Shown: positions 19,601 through 28,872, counted from the stretch's first letter. The stretch: 55,421 nt of DNA from Clostridia bacterium (GCA_017481235.1 JAFUPL010000046.1:1-55421); one strand, 5' to 3'. The notes: generated from the letters alone by a model not told the origin. Translations and numbers: made by a program.

Positions 19601-22600
19601 CCAATTTTGCCTTCACCGTTAACAATAGCATATATATTGTTGTAAGGAATATTAAAGATTAATTTTCCATCTTTAGCATACATCTTAGTAATTGAGTCAA
19701 GGTTATTTGAACTAATATTTGCGTCTATAACCCCATAGAAATATGCTGTGTATATTGCTCCAAAACACTCAAGTCGACCTATTATTCCGCTAACATTATT
19801 ACTTCCAGTTAAACTTACACTTGCAACGCTATTAACAACGCTAAGTGTTGGATCTGTATCTTTTTGTTTTTCAAAATAAGAGCTTCTAGATGATGTTCCC
19901 AAACCAATCAAACCGCCAACATTATTGATAGCTTCAATATCATACACTTGCACACTAGGTTGATAATTCCATGCAAAACTATTAGCATAACAATAATTTA
20001 ATGTGGTATCATTAGCATTACCAATTAAACCGCCTACATTGTCGTTACCTTTAATGCTTTGTTGAACTTGGTATATTTCATAATATACTTTTTCGTAAGT
20101 TCCATCTATATCATATCCTATAGCACCACCCACATTGTTATTGCCAATTACTTGTGCGTTGGAATAACTGTTAGTAACTTGATATTTAATACTTTTTTCA
20201 ATTGTAATTGTGTCTACCGCATTATGACTTGAATTTGGGTCACTTCTTGATGTTGTTATTACGTTAGTATTTTCAACACCTATATTTTTACCAATCAAAC
20301 CACCAATATTGTTAACAGTTAAAACGTTGGCACTATTATGACCCAAAATTTTTCCTGTAGAATAAACGTTAATCATTGTTCCATTCAATTGTTTAGTAGT
20401 TTCGTCAATACTTCCAACATTTTTGCCTATCACACCACCAATTGCACTATTATCTAAACTGTTATCTAAGTTATTAACATTTTCCACTTGAAGCACAATA
20501 TCCGCGGTTGCACCTTGCTTGTCGTAATATACATCATATTCAACTTTGTTCACATCGTCATCACCGCTAACAATTGAACTTGGAATATTTGCGCCTATCA
20601 ATTTTCCTTGATTTTCACCAATAACACCACCAAGTACCACTGTTGACGCGTTTGAGTTAGTTACATAAATATCTCCTTGAACACCTACTTGCTTAGTAAG
20701 TTTGGACATATCAATAGTTCCGTCACCTATGTTTAGCGCCACCATTGAACCTATGATATAGTTGTTGACATGGTTATTTGCATTAACTTTTCCACTAATT
20801 GTAATTGTTATATCTTTAATTAGCGCAGAGTTTTTACCAACAAGACCAATTAATATATCTATTAAGTCATCGTCAATATCTTTATTTGTCTTTGTTGAAA
20901 CATAATTAATATCTATATGGAAATCAATATTTTCTAGCACCGCTAATCCATCATCATTTGCATTTAAAACTTTAAACAATGCCGGATTACTTTCATTTAG
21001 CATAATTCCATAAATTGAAAATCTATTGTCAGAATTTTCACGTTCTTTGAAAGATGAAATTGTTCCGCTAAATTTATCAAAACTAATTGCTTTACCGTTT
21101 AAATCAATATCGTTTACTAAAGCATAGTGCTTTGTGATTTCACCATCAGTGTCAACGTCATTAGATATTTTTTCAAAATCACTGCCACTAGCAATTAAAT
21201 ACGGACTTGCGATACTTCCGTCACTTACAATTATATCAACCATAATATATGAAGAATTATTTTGAATGTACAACATAGTATTAAAGTAATTAGTTATTGT
21301 TAACAAACTTGCATTAAGTTGGTCTTTTGCCACAATTATTAATTTTGCCTTACCTGCACTGGTTGCTTTTAGCAATCCATTGTCATCAATAGTTGCAATG
21401 CTATTAATTTGATATCCCGATGTGCTACACACTATATATTCAACACCACTGAACGATACTTTACCTTTGGAAGATGTTGTGGTGGCATCAATTGTTATTT
21501 GTTCGCCTACTTTTAAATTAATATATCCGTTACCAGAACTAAAAGTATTAATATGAGTATTTAAAACTACTCGTTCACTTAAAATAGGTTCACTAACCTC
21601 GTAATTGCAATATATTGGATATTGAACTCCAAATTGGTTAATAGTGGCAATTATTCTTCCAGCAAGTATTCCATTTAATGTTTTTCTATTGCCAAAAGTA
21701 AATTCCGCACTAGCATTATTAGATGAAACTGTATAATCACAAATCCCATCACCAATTCCTGTTCCTGAAGCAATCCATTTAATATCTACATAATCTAATA
21801 TCGTTTCGCTATTATTGTTTAATTGTATATTTAATGTTTGTTGACCATATTCTTCTTTCAAATTTGAATTAGGAATACTATGATAATTGTACTTATACAA
21901 CATTGTACTATCAAAAGTTGCTGAAGTTAGAGGTTCGTACACGTATATATAAATAGTTTTTGGAATTTCTACTGATTCACCTTTGTTTAGTTTGTAATAT
22001 GAATAAGTATTTGCTTTGATTGTGTATGTTATGGCGACATAATTTTTAGTGTTAGTTTCAACATCAAACGAACCAATACTACTCGTTCGTATAATGTCAT
22101 TGCCATCAGCATCTTTCGATGGTAAATAATTTGCGTAACTTTTGTTGCTAGTTTTGGTAGGGTTATTTACCATAACTGCTGTAACCTCTTGCCCACTAGT
22201 ATTGACAAAATCAGAATTTGAAATATCTATATTTACTTTGTACTGATTTGATGTTGAAAGTATATATGTATTGTTTATATCCAAATCATCAATATCAACC
22301 TTTGTGTAATACAACTTGTTTGGATTAAATTCGTCACTAGATTTTACTTTAATATATTGACCACCAATACATTCGTAATAAGTAGTAGTACCCCAATCGT
22401 TTGGTTGTGTATTAAGTGGTTGATATTCGTATAGCAATCGCTCACCACTAAAGTCAGGGGCCGAAATTGTTACACTAACATCATTACCTTGCAACTGTTT
22501 ATATACTTTTACACCTATAGTGCTGATTGTTCTTGGTTTTCCATCTTCAGCACCTTGTGAAATGTCAATAAAATAGTCACCACATTGTATGTCACCTGTT

Positions 22601-24888
22601 TTGCCCAATATGATTACGTTTTCATACCCAGTGTAGTTGGAACTATCAAAATCAAATGGATAATTGTTTATGTACTTAAGACCTTCGCCATAGTTTGAAT
22701 ACTTTGCAAAACCAATATTTACATTTTGAATAGATATATTTAAACCAATTACTTCAAGTTCGTCAGCAGTAAGAATAGTTCCATTTAAACCCAACACATC
22801 ATATATACGTATACCATAAAAAGTTTGATTATTATCAAGCATATTAGGTTGGAAATAAAATTGCCAATCATTTCCCGCATCAGTTGGAACTTCTGACACT
22901 TCGCCATTGTTGGTAGTTATCATAATAGGTTCATATGATATGCTTTCAACCGTTCTTTGACGTTCAAAACTTAAATTATAAGTTATACAAGTTTTGTCAA
23001 AACCATGATTTTTAATATTATAACTTTGGTCATACACATTTTTAATCACTATACCAAAATTACCTATTTCCTTAGTGCCGGTAGTTTTAAGCCATTTCAT
23101 ATATATGGTATCTTGGATTTTTAAGCGCTCAGACACAAAATTGTCGCCATCTACGGTAAACGTAATTTCTCTACCGTCTTTTAGTATTGCTATTTGATAA
23201 TTACCTTTTTCAAGTCCAGTTAAATCAGCGTCACTACCATTACTAGTTTTAATATAATCGCTTCTTGTATTATCAATTTGATAATATTTGCCCGAAACGA
23301 AGTTTGGACACTCATTATCGTAAACTTGTACATACTCTTTACTTGTGTTGTTATACGTATAGTAAGATTTCCAATTGTCACTCCAATCATTTGGTTGACT
23401 ATCTAATCGAGTATAATTAAATTTAATGCGTAATAGATGCTTATTAATTGTGATTGTATAATACTTAAGCGCACTTAGTGTATTGGTGCTAAGTATATCA
23501 AATTTAAATGCTTGTCCTAACGAATTTGAATCATTTAAAGCAGTTGTACTTTTAAATGTATAATCATCTTCCTCTTCCTTTTCAACTTCAATCTTTTGAC
23601 CATTATTAGTTGCTTTAAAACTGGTAGCACGCTCACCTACTGTGCAAGGAATGTTTATAGTAAATTCCTTAATATCCCCTACGCACGCTTTAGGAACAAA
23701 GTCCACTTTGATATATCCGCTACCAACACATGTACTAGTAGCAATTGCCCTTATACTACCAAAGTTTTTAGTTTCAAGTCGTAAAGCATCTATATCTGTA
23801 CTAATATTAATTTCATACAATTCGCTAAATTTTGGATTAACTTGACTTAACGACTTTAAAATAGTTGCTGGAATGCCTTCACCTTGTATATCGTTTTCAA
23901 CGCTAAGTTTAAAGTCAATCAACGCCGTACTATAATAGTCATATTCATATCTGCTTTGGTTTAACTCACGAGGTTTGTGCTCATCTGGATTGCTAATTAA
24001 AACTAAATCTTCCAATACATCATTATCATTTCCATGAGTGGTACTTGATACTACAATATCATCACTTTTCAACAAATCCGCAATACACACTTCAATTTCA
24101 ACATTATGTAAAGTTGCTTCACCTTTTAGCGCCGAAACTGGATTAATAGTTATGGTTGAGTTACGGTCATAATTACTAGCAATTTCAATCACGCTTTTTA
24201 CTGCTTCGGTAGTTCCTTTGCTTGAATCTTGAGGATTAGGAGTAAACACTGCTGTTTGGTTGTTACTTTTATCATAAGACACAACATTAATACCGCTAGG
24301 CAAATCCGTACCTTTAATTCGCCACAAAATTGTATCAGTGTAATTTTCAGGTTGACAATTTAATAATTTTTTGGTTGGAATTTCAATTCGCTTTACTACA
24401 TTACTTGCAATTTCGTCTTCGGTAAATTGTGGCGACTCAACTACAAAATCTAAGTTGGCACTTTCAACCGTTTGCAACTTACGACCAATATTCAATGGAA
24501 CACTAAAACTTTTGCCCGAACCTAAATGCGTGATTACCAAACTTGCACCTTCACCCGTTGGTTGCAAAGCCGAAACAAGAACTTCGCAATTATTTCCATC
24601 AATTATATGTTGAGTAGTAACTAATCCCGAAGGGTTGGATTCAATACTAATGTCGCCCCAAGATTTCGCACCATCTAATTCAAAATTTATAATTTGATGT
24701 GACAAACATGAACTCATCAACTCCTCGCCACCATTACATTTGCAATACGAATCCAAATCTAAAACTAGATTAATTTGTTCAACACTACATTCAATTTTTA
24801 AATCCTTATATCCGTCATTACAACTACAAAAAACAATGCTTGACACAAGCACCAAAAGCGTAGCAAATAATAATGATAATTTTTTCAT
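13672..24888 (-). CDS. giant (3738 aa) secreted or lipid-anchored surface protein with Big_2-like Ig domains and many GLUG-type repeats
   Basis: Signal peptide MKKLSLLFATLLVLVSSIVFCSC. Big_2-like segments, for example KVGEQITIDATTTSS...LLKATSAGKAKLIIVAKD. Repeated GG(L/V/I/A)IG motifs (NIGGLIGKNIG, NVGGLIGNAND, LGGVIGENQG, VGGAIGYD, AGGLVGENRG). No LPXTG motif at the C-terminus. Confidence 0.8.
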   Translation of the reverse strand: MKKLSLLFATLLVLVSSIVFCSCNDGYKDLKIECSVEQINLVLDLDSYCKCNGGEELMSSCLSHQIINFELDGAKSWGDISIESNPSGLVTTQHIIDGNNCEVLVSALQPTGEGASLVITHLGSGKSFSVPLNIGRKLQTVESANLDFVVESPQFTEDEIASNVVKRIEIPTKKLLNCQPENYTDTILWRIKGTDLPSGINVVSYDKSNNQTAVFTPNPQDSSKGTTEAVKSVIEIASNYDRNSTITINPVSALKGEATLHNVEIEVCIADLLKSDDIVVSSTTHGNDNDVLEDLVLISNPDEHKPRELNQSRYEYDYYSTALIDFKLSVENDIQGEGIPATILKSLSQVNPKFSELYEINISTDIDALRLETKNFGSIRAIATSTCVGSGYIKVDFVPKACVGDIKEFTINIPCTVGERATSFKATNNGQKIEVEKEEEDDYTFKSTTALNDSNSLGQAFKFDILSTNTLSALKYYTITINKHLLRIKFNYTRLDSQPNDWSDNWKSYYTYNNTSKEYVQVYDNECPNFVSGKYYQIDNTRSDYIKTSNGSDADLTGLEKGNYQIAILKDGREITFTVDGDNFVSERLKIQDTIYMKWLKTTGTKEIGNFGIVIKNVYDQSYNIKNHGFDKTCITYNLSFERQRTVESISYEPIMITTNNGEVSEVPTDAGNDWQFYFQPNMLDNNQTFYGIRIYDVLGLNGTILTADELEVIGLNISIQNVNIGFAKYSNYGEGLKYINNYPFDFDSSNYTGYENVIILGKTGDIQCGDYFIDISQGAEDGKPRTISTIGVKVYKQLQGNDVSVTISAPDFSGERLLYEYQPLNTQPNDWGTTTYYECIGGQYIKVKSSDEFNPNKLYYTKVDIDDLDINNTYILSTSNQYKVNIDISNSDFVNTSGQEVTAVMVNNPTKTSNKSYANYLPSKDADGNDIIRTSSIGSFDVETNTKNYVAITYTIKANTYSYYKLNKGESVEIPKTIYIYVYEPLTSATFDSTMLYKYNYHSIPNSNLKEEYGQQTLNIQLNNNSETILDYVDIKWIASGTGIGDGICDYTVSSNNASAEFTFGNRKTLNGILAGRIIATINQFGVQYPIYCNYEVSEPILSERVVLNTHINTFSSGNGYINLKVGEQITIDATTTSSKGKVSFSGVEYIVCSTSGYQINSIATIDDNGLLKATSAGKAKLIIVAKDQLNASLLTITNYFNTMLYIQNNSSYIMVDIIVSDGSIASPYLIASGSDFEKISNDVDTDGEITKHYALVNDIDLNGKAISFDKFSGTISSFKERENSDNRFSIYGIMLNESNPALFKVLNANDDGLAVLENIDFHIDINYVSTKTNKDIDDDLIDILIGLVGKNSALIKDITITISGKVNANNHVNNYIIGSMVALNIGDGTIDMSKLTKQVGVQGDIYVTNSNASTVVLGGVIGENQGKLIGANIPSSIVSGDDDVNKVEYDVYYDKQGATADIVLQVENVNNLDNSLDNSAIGGVIGKNVGSIDETTKQLNGTMINVYSTGKILGHNSANVLTVNNIGGLIGKNIGVENTNVITTSRSDPNSSHNAVDTITIEKSIKYQVTNSYSNAQVIGNNNVGGAIGYDIDGTYEKVYYEIYQVQQSIKGNDNVGGLIGNANDTTLNYCYANSFAWNYQPSVQVYDIEAINNVGGLIGLGTSSRSSYFEKQKDTDPTLSVVNSVASVSLTGSNNVSGIIGRLECFGAIYTAYFYGVIDANISSNNLDSITKMYAKDGKLIFNIPYNNIYAIVNGEGKIGINTSSYGQILNNDDGYYQGTTISSNTPVNGFNVNSQYNNSKPYVVYKDGTSLVSVIPTVIQINQAFTRSAMYRPNKLGDYVKVDENYVKYDPSIHNINQDRYSLLANLELTGDSSSSLSDYRQHALILYYYPLSDMTGEFAVSDYNYLNIVDMKDIVSSEGIIVLPNTYKRFNLRSSNAGVASVLSNGRLLLNGEGQTTITLMSTLNPSATASFVVIVRSQVLNFKLYSNANLRDEYNITNDTTISVVKNSSKIIYADYSSIIYGEHSREYKYKSATNMLIEFKIDYSGKETILPIDIAKYVALNQDYYIRLDAHGNIIDAKDTTTIVDKYLYRIPYGIPITITVNQYVDGKFEITATPYVVAGYKNGNYSKDILVKLSNFETSFNVVTKKGASAVNVNKNQLDMMPADKESRLNVKVTTDVQVDKLYISREAVGEIYQNPNNGNDLINTLDVSLYYIDNNTTIVKELVYDNDSKEYYFDISGIDIYNMLQTATIVLKLNDQSYYIDVAYRLQLDLYVYNGSNKISTTVFINVKPQAISSVISLNYRMEDKQNDINKIKLDNAYQSKIIRPGETNIIAIDIAPNIAIYDHIKIMDITSEDKILFQQVKLLDDGRFVLLDNMDIWADNGIKLIKHDVNASTLYVVAKLPSKSMANITHTIHIVVYDKAGNELNSSYLNLEAVMYPKIEMTYTYPNGKTVVADTSDGVAPQTAEKTVDLALGVEAGIDIKTDNTDEGSLSNYITVTNGLNDVTSIYGDFVRLEEVYGKYILTFDLSKQSRWDELLGKQINVNFTASKSLNGITETCRATIKFNIRRFVVHGVSMYQTSSQGKVYGNWDEAFNTYFYFDKTDISYYYKGYWNVAYTLEKTNPDNYEGALRTDMEYINNILKAFNTLGSDGVNIFFVNNNVTDISKLSPLTNNGYEDDTISIVNENYRFTIKAKQPLDDNSININDMKFIVQFKFKYEYEFYPVLTTNEVEVLTQQFGFDVTTKTTPFIEYEVINSQQEFENMVEGRYYQIVDSLTFIDYTPINTAIGGFKGNGNTITIKNFNIAQLEIDYISGGMYIGLFGILAENSVIENLQVEYRDVNNRDEIVEVNLNDSLSIQQQHTNDIYFGGIAGQNLGVITNVKVYGAFTLKAQYISAQYIDLGGITAINGSQDSKEVATITGSSVELKMSAMALIGGVSGTNYGKITNTNFKGSIKSNDSNQYVAEITTAGFVVQNLNGAYISLSYVQCGIKVGSYNIHSVGRTAGFVLNNAGTITNCYINQTSLSSQGNIGGFVYQSTGNISNSYAYATLGSSLFYNGFIYVTNTIGTITNCYVITDNDININVSGLTLVMPSELALQSKYYGFIFANGEYGVWSISNNGPQLLNSGFNPNKNEYENICNIYDVETFENFFDLNTNLATNTIEGKTFRLVRDIDFEAEGKYTNPTTFNKILKASFEGNDMVLKNYNIYKTEDVESVGLFSNIGNLGLGVYVRNLILQPSSIKASGSNAVGALAGVIDSANIYNITIDNNNLLILGKNAVGGLVGIAKGSFEIMGITSNVSAFATYAYNQTTQYNLYMGKNVSGNTLLDNLDEVSYAGSFAGIVDGYNMTKLVRDINYYYTVSNINIDNDLVIIGETVGGAFGLVGERTLVKDVNYNLSDETVYQGVYVAGGLVGENRGIIQSSKIYAYTYVEGVKQRVNTTNCFNNSARVNGGIVGFNIGGLIDNCSSDIDVVSNQALATIGGIVGRNIEGSVYNCSVAGSVEGFFVGGIVGTDYKYSTIIKQQNSYGVATLNTLNVYKNIKNGAVYESNCFVNEPSHSAETLYSNNTLETSFINKFIVKRSSYYSFNTSYMENVDNGLVNATAIYGLVLGLSDSTFVSTIGGIGVEVDDGNQNYIYQGKLIITLKRGLDSSEREGYTLIDGSKQQQIKPINKMNIIANNFEYDNLKAIFLYIIAYDKSQYDDWSSTFGYTQEYIVFSKNGLDVWEEQS

Positions 24889-24920
24889 AAGTACCCCTGT
24901 TTACGTTATTATGCGTAACT

Positions 24921-25200
24921 TTATATTTTTATATAATATTATTATAATATTTTAAATCAAAATAGTCAAACCATTTATTAATTAAAACTACAAAAAAATC
25001 GCCAATTTTAAAATATTAAAATTAATTAAATTTAAAATCTTTAAAAAAAAATAAATAAATTTTAAATTAAATCATTTTTATAACTTTTTGCTTAAAATAA
25101 GCGTATTTTTATTGTTTTTATTAATTTTATTTAATTTTTGATAATTTATTTTATTTATTTTTGAATTATTTTTTAATTTAAAATTTGTCCGTTTTTAATT
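24921..25200. other. extreme-AT spacer in the divergent region between the giant gene and the lipoprotein operon
   Basis: About 280 nt that are almost devoid of G/C. It shares short blocks (TTGCTTAAAA, AGCGT(T)ATTTTTATT) with the spacers at 33856-34053 and 54638-54807. Confidence 0.5.
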
Positions 25201-25208
25201 TGTAGCAC

Positions 25209-25237
25209 TTGACTAATTTGGATATATAAATTATAAT
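25209..25237 (+). promoter_or_regulatory. sigma-A type promoter for 25257-28872 (two envelope genes plus gltX)
   Basis: TTGACT, 17 nt, TATAAT, then AGGAG SD and the ATG at 25257. Confidence 0.6.
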
Positions 25238-25256
25238 ATATACTAGGAGATAAAAT

Positions 25257-26123
25257 ATGAAAAAACATTTAGTTGCAATCTTAATTATAGTTTTAGTTTT
25301 GTCACTAACTGGAGTGGGAATTTGGTTGGTGGTTAGAAACAACAAAACTAAACCTTTATATCAATCAAATTGTGATTTTATTATTAGTGATGATGTTGAT
25401 AATTTAACATCAAAAATGAATCAAGCACAAGGTTTGTACAACGTATTATTCCCAAGCGAAAATCGCATAACCACTTTACATAACATCATTGTAAAAATTG
25501 ATGGTTTTGAAAAAGATTTAAATTCATATTTGTTGCTATCACAAACTTCTAACAAAGCATCAAAAAAATTAAGCAAATCTTACACCAATTTAATAAACGA
25601 TCGTAAAATCTTAATTAAAAACTATGACGAATATATTACTCGTATGAACGGAAATCTTGATGCGGACGGCCCAGCAATCCAAGAGTTGTATGATGACCTA
25701 TTTGGCAAAACCGTGACTTACTTAAGCAAATATAATGATTGTTTTAATTCAACCACTCAATATGTATTTAGCAAGGTTTATCAACCTCAAACCATTAAAA
25801 ATGAATTATACACATTGTATTCATTAGGTGTAAGTAATTTGATAGACAATATTTCAAATTATCAATTTGGAGACCTTTCATTAATGTCAAAATTGCATAG
25901 TGCAATAAAATTATCAAATGGAAACATATATATTAAACAAGATGTTATTGGCGGTGAATTTAGCATGCAATCTTTAAATTTTCAAAAACATTTTAACAAT
26001 AGCAACTTGTCAATATTGATTGACAATTTTCATACTTATTACGGATTACTAATCAATCCCGACACTGAAACGTCTAACGAAAAATTAGCAATTTATTATG
26101 CTAAACAAATTTTGGAGATATAA
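25257..26123 (+). CDS. N-terminally anchored extracytoplasmic protein, unknown function
   Basis: 288 aa. A single N-terminal TM helix (LVAILIIVLVLSLTGVGIWLVV), and the rest is hydrophilic and helical. Confidence 0.6.
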   Translation: MKKHLVAILIIVLVLSLTGVGIWLVVRNNKTKPLYQSNCDFIISDDVDNLTSKMNQAQGLYNVLFPSENRITTLHNIIVKIDGFEKDLNSYLLLSQTSNKASKKLSKSYTNLINDRKILIKNYDEYITRMNGNLDADGPAIQELYDDLFGKTVTYLSKYNDCFNSTTQYVFSKVYQPQTIKNELYTLYSLGVSNLIDNISNYQFGDLSLMSKLHSAIKLSNGNIYIKQDVIGGEFSMQSLNFQKHFNNSNLSILIDNFHTYYGLLINPDTETSNEKLAIYYAKQILEI

Positions 26124-26124
26124 T

Positions 26125-27207
26125 ATGAAAAAAATTATTTGCACAATTTTAATATGTTTAATGTTTGGTTCATGCTTTGCTTTAGTTGGTTGTGGCGACA
26201 AAAAGGGTAATGTTAAAAACTTTTATTCATCTTACACAAATATTGCAAGCACAACCACTAATTTAACTTTGGTTGAAGCAACTGATATTTATCAAATTAA
26301 AACCAATAGTTACAAAATTGATATTAATTATTCTAAATCATCTATTTTATCAACGCTTGTTGAAAACAATTCTCAACCATACCACAAACTAAAATATTTT
26401 TATCAACAACTATTAGACGACACCCTTTCACCTTTATATTTTTTTGGTGAAGAGATTTCAAATAGTTCAAATATTAGCAACAAGCAAGCAACCAAATTAA
26501 CAAAAGATTTGACAAATCTTGAGCAAGAATATAAAGATATTGACCATTATGTAGGAATATTAATAAATTCATTAAATGCCAATAACAACTCAAGCGATTT
26601 TACAAATTTAACCAATTTGAAAAAAGTGTTTGTACAATATGAACAAGCAATCAATAAAGCAACTGACTTATCAAACACTATTTGCAAAGTATATTTTGGC
26701 ACCGTTGTAAGCAATCCAAACTACAACTATTCAACCAAAACATACACTCAACTAAATGAAGCGGATTTAACCAGAATGAGCGTTGACGTAAGAGCAAGAA
26801 TGTATTATTACAAATCTGTATATGCAAATGTTTATAATCAATTATATGTAAAAGACGGCAACTTGTCCGAACAATTTGTTTCATACAACGCAAGTGCTCC
26901 CACTTATGAACCTTACACATCACTTAAAGGCATTATTAACCTAACTAGTAAATCTATGGAAAATTTGCTTAATAATAAGCAAAACATTTATAATGCCGCA
27001 TTAACTTTATATAATCTTCAAAATTCATTTGGCAATGCCTATGACAATTTTATCACCGCAAGCAACAATATTAGTTACACTAAGTTAGACTCTTCAAGTT
27101 CTATTAACGACCTTAACTACGGCACTATCATCACCCAATTTAGCAATGGCATTGCGTATGATAGTTGCGAAATATTGCTAAACTTAACCACATTATTGTA
27201 TTTATAA
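26125..27207 (+). CDS. lipoprotein, unknown function
   Basis: I chose the start at MKKIICTILICLMFGSCFALVGC (ATG 26125, GGAG 8 nt upstream), which has the lipobox LVGC. The track start at 26098 overlaps the previous gene. Confidence 0.65.
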   Translation: MKKIICTILICLMFGSCFALVGCGDKKGNVKNFYSSYTNIASTTTNLTLVEATDIYQIKTNSYKIDINYSKSSILSTLVENNSQPYHKLKYFYQQLLDDTLSPLYFFGEEISNSSNISNKQATKLTKDLTNLEQEYKDIDHYVGILINSLNANNNSSDFTNLTNLKKVFVQYEQAINKATDLSNTICKVYFGTVVSNPNYNYSTKTYTQLNEADLTRMSVDVRARMYYYKSVYANVYNQLYVKDGNLSEQFVSYNASAPTYEPYTSLKGIINLTSKSMENLLNNKQNIYNAALTLYNLQNSFGNAYDNFITASNNISYTKLDSSSSINDLNYGTIITQFSNGIAYDSCEILLNLTTLLYL

Positions 27208-27216
27208 GGAGAAATT

Positions 27217-28872
27217 ATGGACTATCAAAAATTAGCGGATTTACTTTATCCAAACACTACAAAAACAATACAAGATTATTTAAATATATACCCACCTCGC
27301 AATTTACCAGAAGGTGCCGAAGTTACACGTTTTGCACCTAGTCCTACAGGATACTTGCACATTGGTCACTTTTGTGGCGCAACCACCGATAAAATGCTTG
27401 CAAAGGCAAGTAATGGAATATTTTACATGCGTCTTGAGGACACTGATGCAAAGCGTACTATTGACGACGCCGACAAAGTTGCACTTCAAGTGCTTGAAAA
27501 GTTTGGAATAGTTCCTCAGGAAGGATATTTATTAAATGGACAAGTTGGAAATTATGGACCTTACAAACAAAGCGAACGTGTAGAAATTTATAACACTTTT
27601 GCTAAATACTTGGTTAGTATCGGTCGTGCTTATCCTTGCTTTTGTAAAAAACGTGAAAATAAAGATGAAATTTTGCAAGACCGAAACGAACAATTATTCA
27701 CCTCAAACACCATTGAACTTAAAGACCCATGTAGAGATTTAACTATTCAAGAAGTTAAAACTCATCTACAAAATGGCGAAGAATGGGCACTACGATTTAA
27801 ATCAATGGGCAAAAATGGCGAAACTTTTAAATTTATCGACGTAGCGAAAGGCGAACGCGTGCTTGCCAAAAACACAATGGACTATGTAATTGTTAAAAGC
27901 AATGGCGTACCAGTGTATCACCTAGGACATGTGGTTGATGATATACTTATGCACACCACAACCGTTGTTCGCGGTAATGAGTGGATGGGAACATTACCAC
28001 TTCACGTTGAAATGTTTGAAGCATTTGGACTCCCTGCCCCTAAATATGTGCACACTTGCTTAATTATGAAACGTGATGAAGTTACTGGTAATATCCGTAA
28101 AATATCTAAGCGTTTTGACCCAGAAGCAGATATGCGATTTTATCTAACAAGCGGATATCCTGTTGAAGCAGTTAATCGATATGTTATGAACTTGATTAAT
28201 AGCGGATATGAACCTTGGGCACTAGCAAATCCTAATGCCAGTTTAGACGAATACCCATTTAACCCTAATAATCTCACAACATCAGACCCTATGTTTGATA
28301 TTGTCAAATTAAATGATATTTCAAAAACAGTTATTTCAAAGTACACAACCAATCAAGTTTTAGATTGCATACTTACTTGGGCAAAAGAATATAACACACA
28401 CGATTATGAAATCATAAACAATAATACAGAACTATTTAAATCCGTGTTATCTATTGACCGCGAGTGTGAACGCCCTCGTAAAGACATTACAAAGTTTGAT
28501 GAAGTAGTAAAATTGTATGAATATATTTTACCAGACTTCAAAGTTAGCGAAACTATTGACTTTGGCAATGTAAGTAAATCAAATTTAAAAGACTTTTTAC
28601 TTGATTATACTCAAAATTACGTTGAAGCAATCGACAATACTGAATGGTTTAGCACCATTAAACAATTTGCACTAAAGCACAACTTTGCCGATATGAAGGA
28701 CTACAAAAAATCGCCTGAAAGTTATGCTGGAAGCGTTGCTGACGCGGTTAAATTTGTGCGTTTTGCTATTACTGGAAGAACAAACACCCCAGAACTTTAC
28801 ACTATTATGAAAACCATATCCAAGGATATATGTATTCAACGCTTAACTCAATTTGCTTCAACTAATTTGTAA
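27217..28872 (+). CDS. gltX: glutamate--tRNA ligase (long form)
   Basis: 551 aa. RFAPSPTGYLHIGH, LRLEDTD-like MRLEDTDAKR, and KISKR as the KMSKS motif. AAGGAG SD lies upstream. Confidence 0.85.
   Translation: MDYQKLADLLYPNTTKTIQDYLNIYPPRNLPEGAEVTRFAPSPTGYLHIGHFCGATTDKMLAKASNGIFYMRLEDTDAKRTIDDADKVALQVLEKFGIVPQEGYLLNGQVGNYGPYKQSERVEIYNTFAKYLVSIGRAYPCFCKKRENKDEILQDRNEQLFTSNTIELKDPCRDLTIQEVKTHLQNGEEWALRFKSMGKNGETFKFIDVAKGERVLAKNTMDYVIVKSNGVPVYHLGHVVDDILMHTTTVVRGNEWMGTLPLHVEMFEAFGLPAPKYVHTCLIMKRDEVTGNIRKISKRFDPEADMRFYLTSGYPVEAVNRYVMNLINSGYEPWALANPNASLDEYPFNPNNLTTSDPMFDIVKLNDISKTVISKYTTNQVLDCILTWAKEYNTHDYEIINNNTELFKSVLSIDRECERPRKDITKFDEVVKLYEYILPDFKVSETIDFGNVSKSNLKDFLLDYTQNYVEAIDNTEWFSTIKQFALKHNFADMKDYKKSPESYAGSVADAVKFVRFAITGRTNTPELYTIMKTISKDICIQRLTQFASTNL

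Noticed and set aside
24921-25200. Reading the extreme-AT spacers as a CRISPR array, a replication origin or small-peptide genes.
   Set aside because: They have no regularly spaced direct repeats, no DnaA-box clusters, and no ORF with an SD. Only loose block similarity between the spacers was seen.
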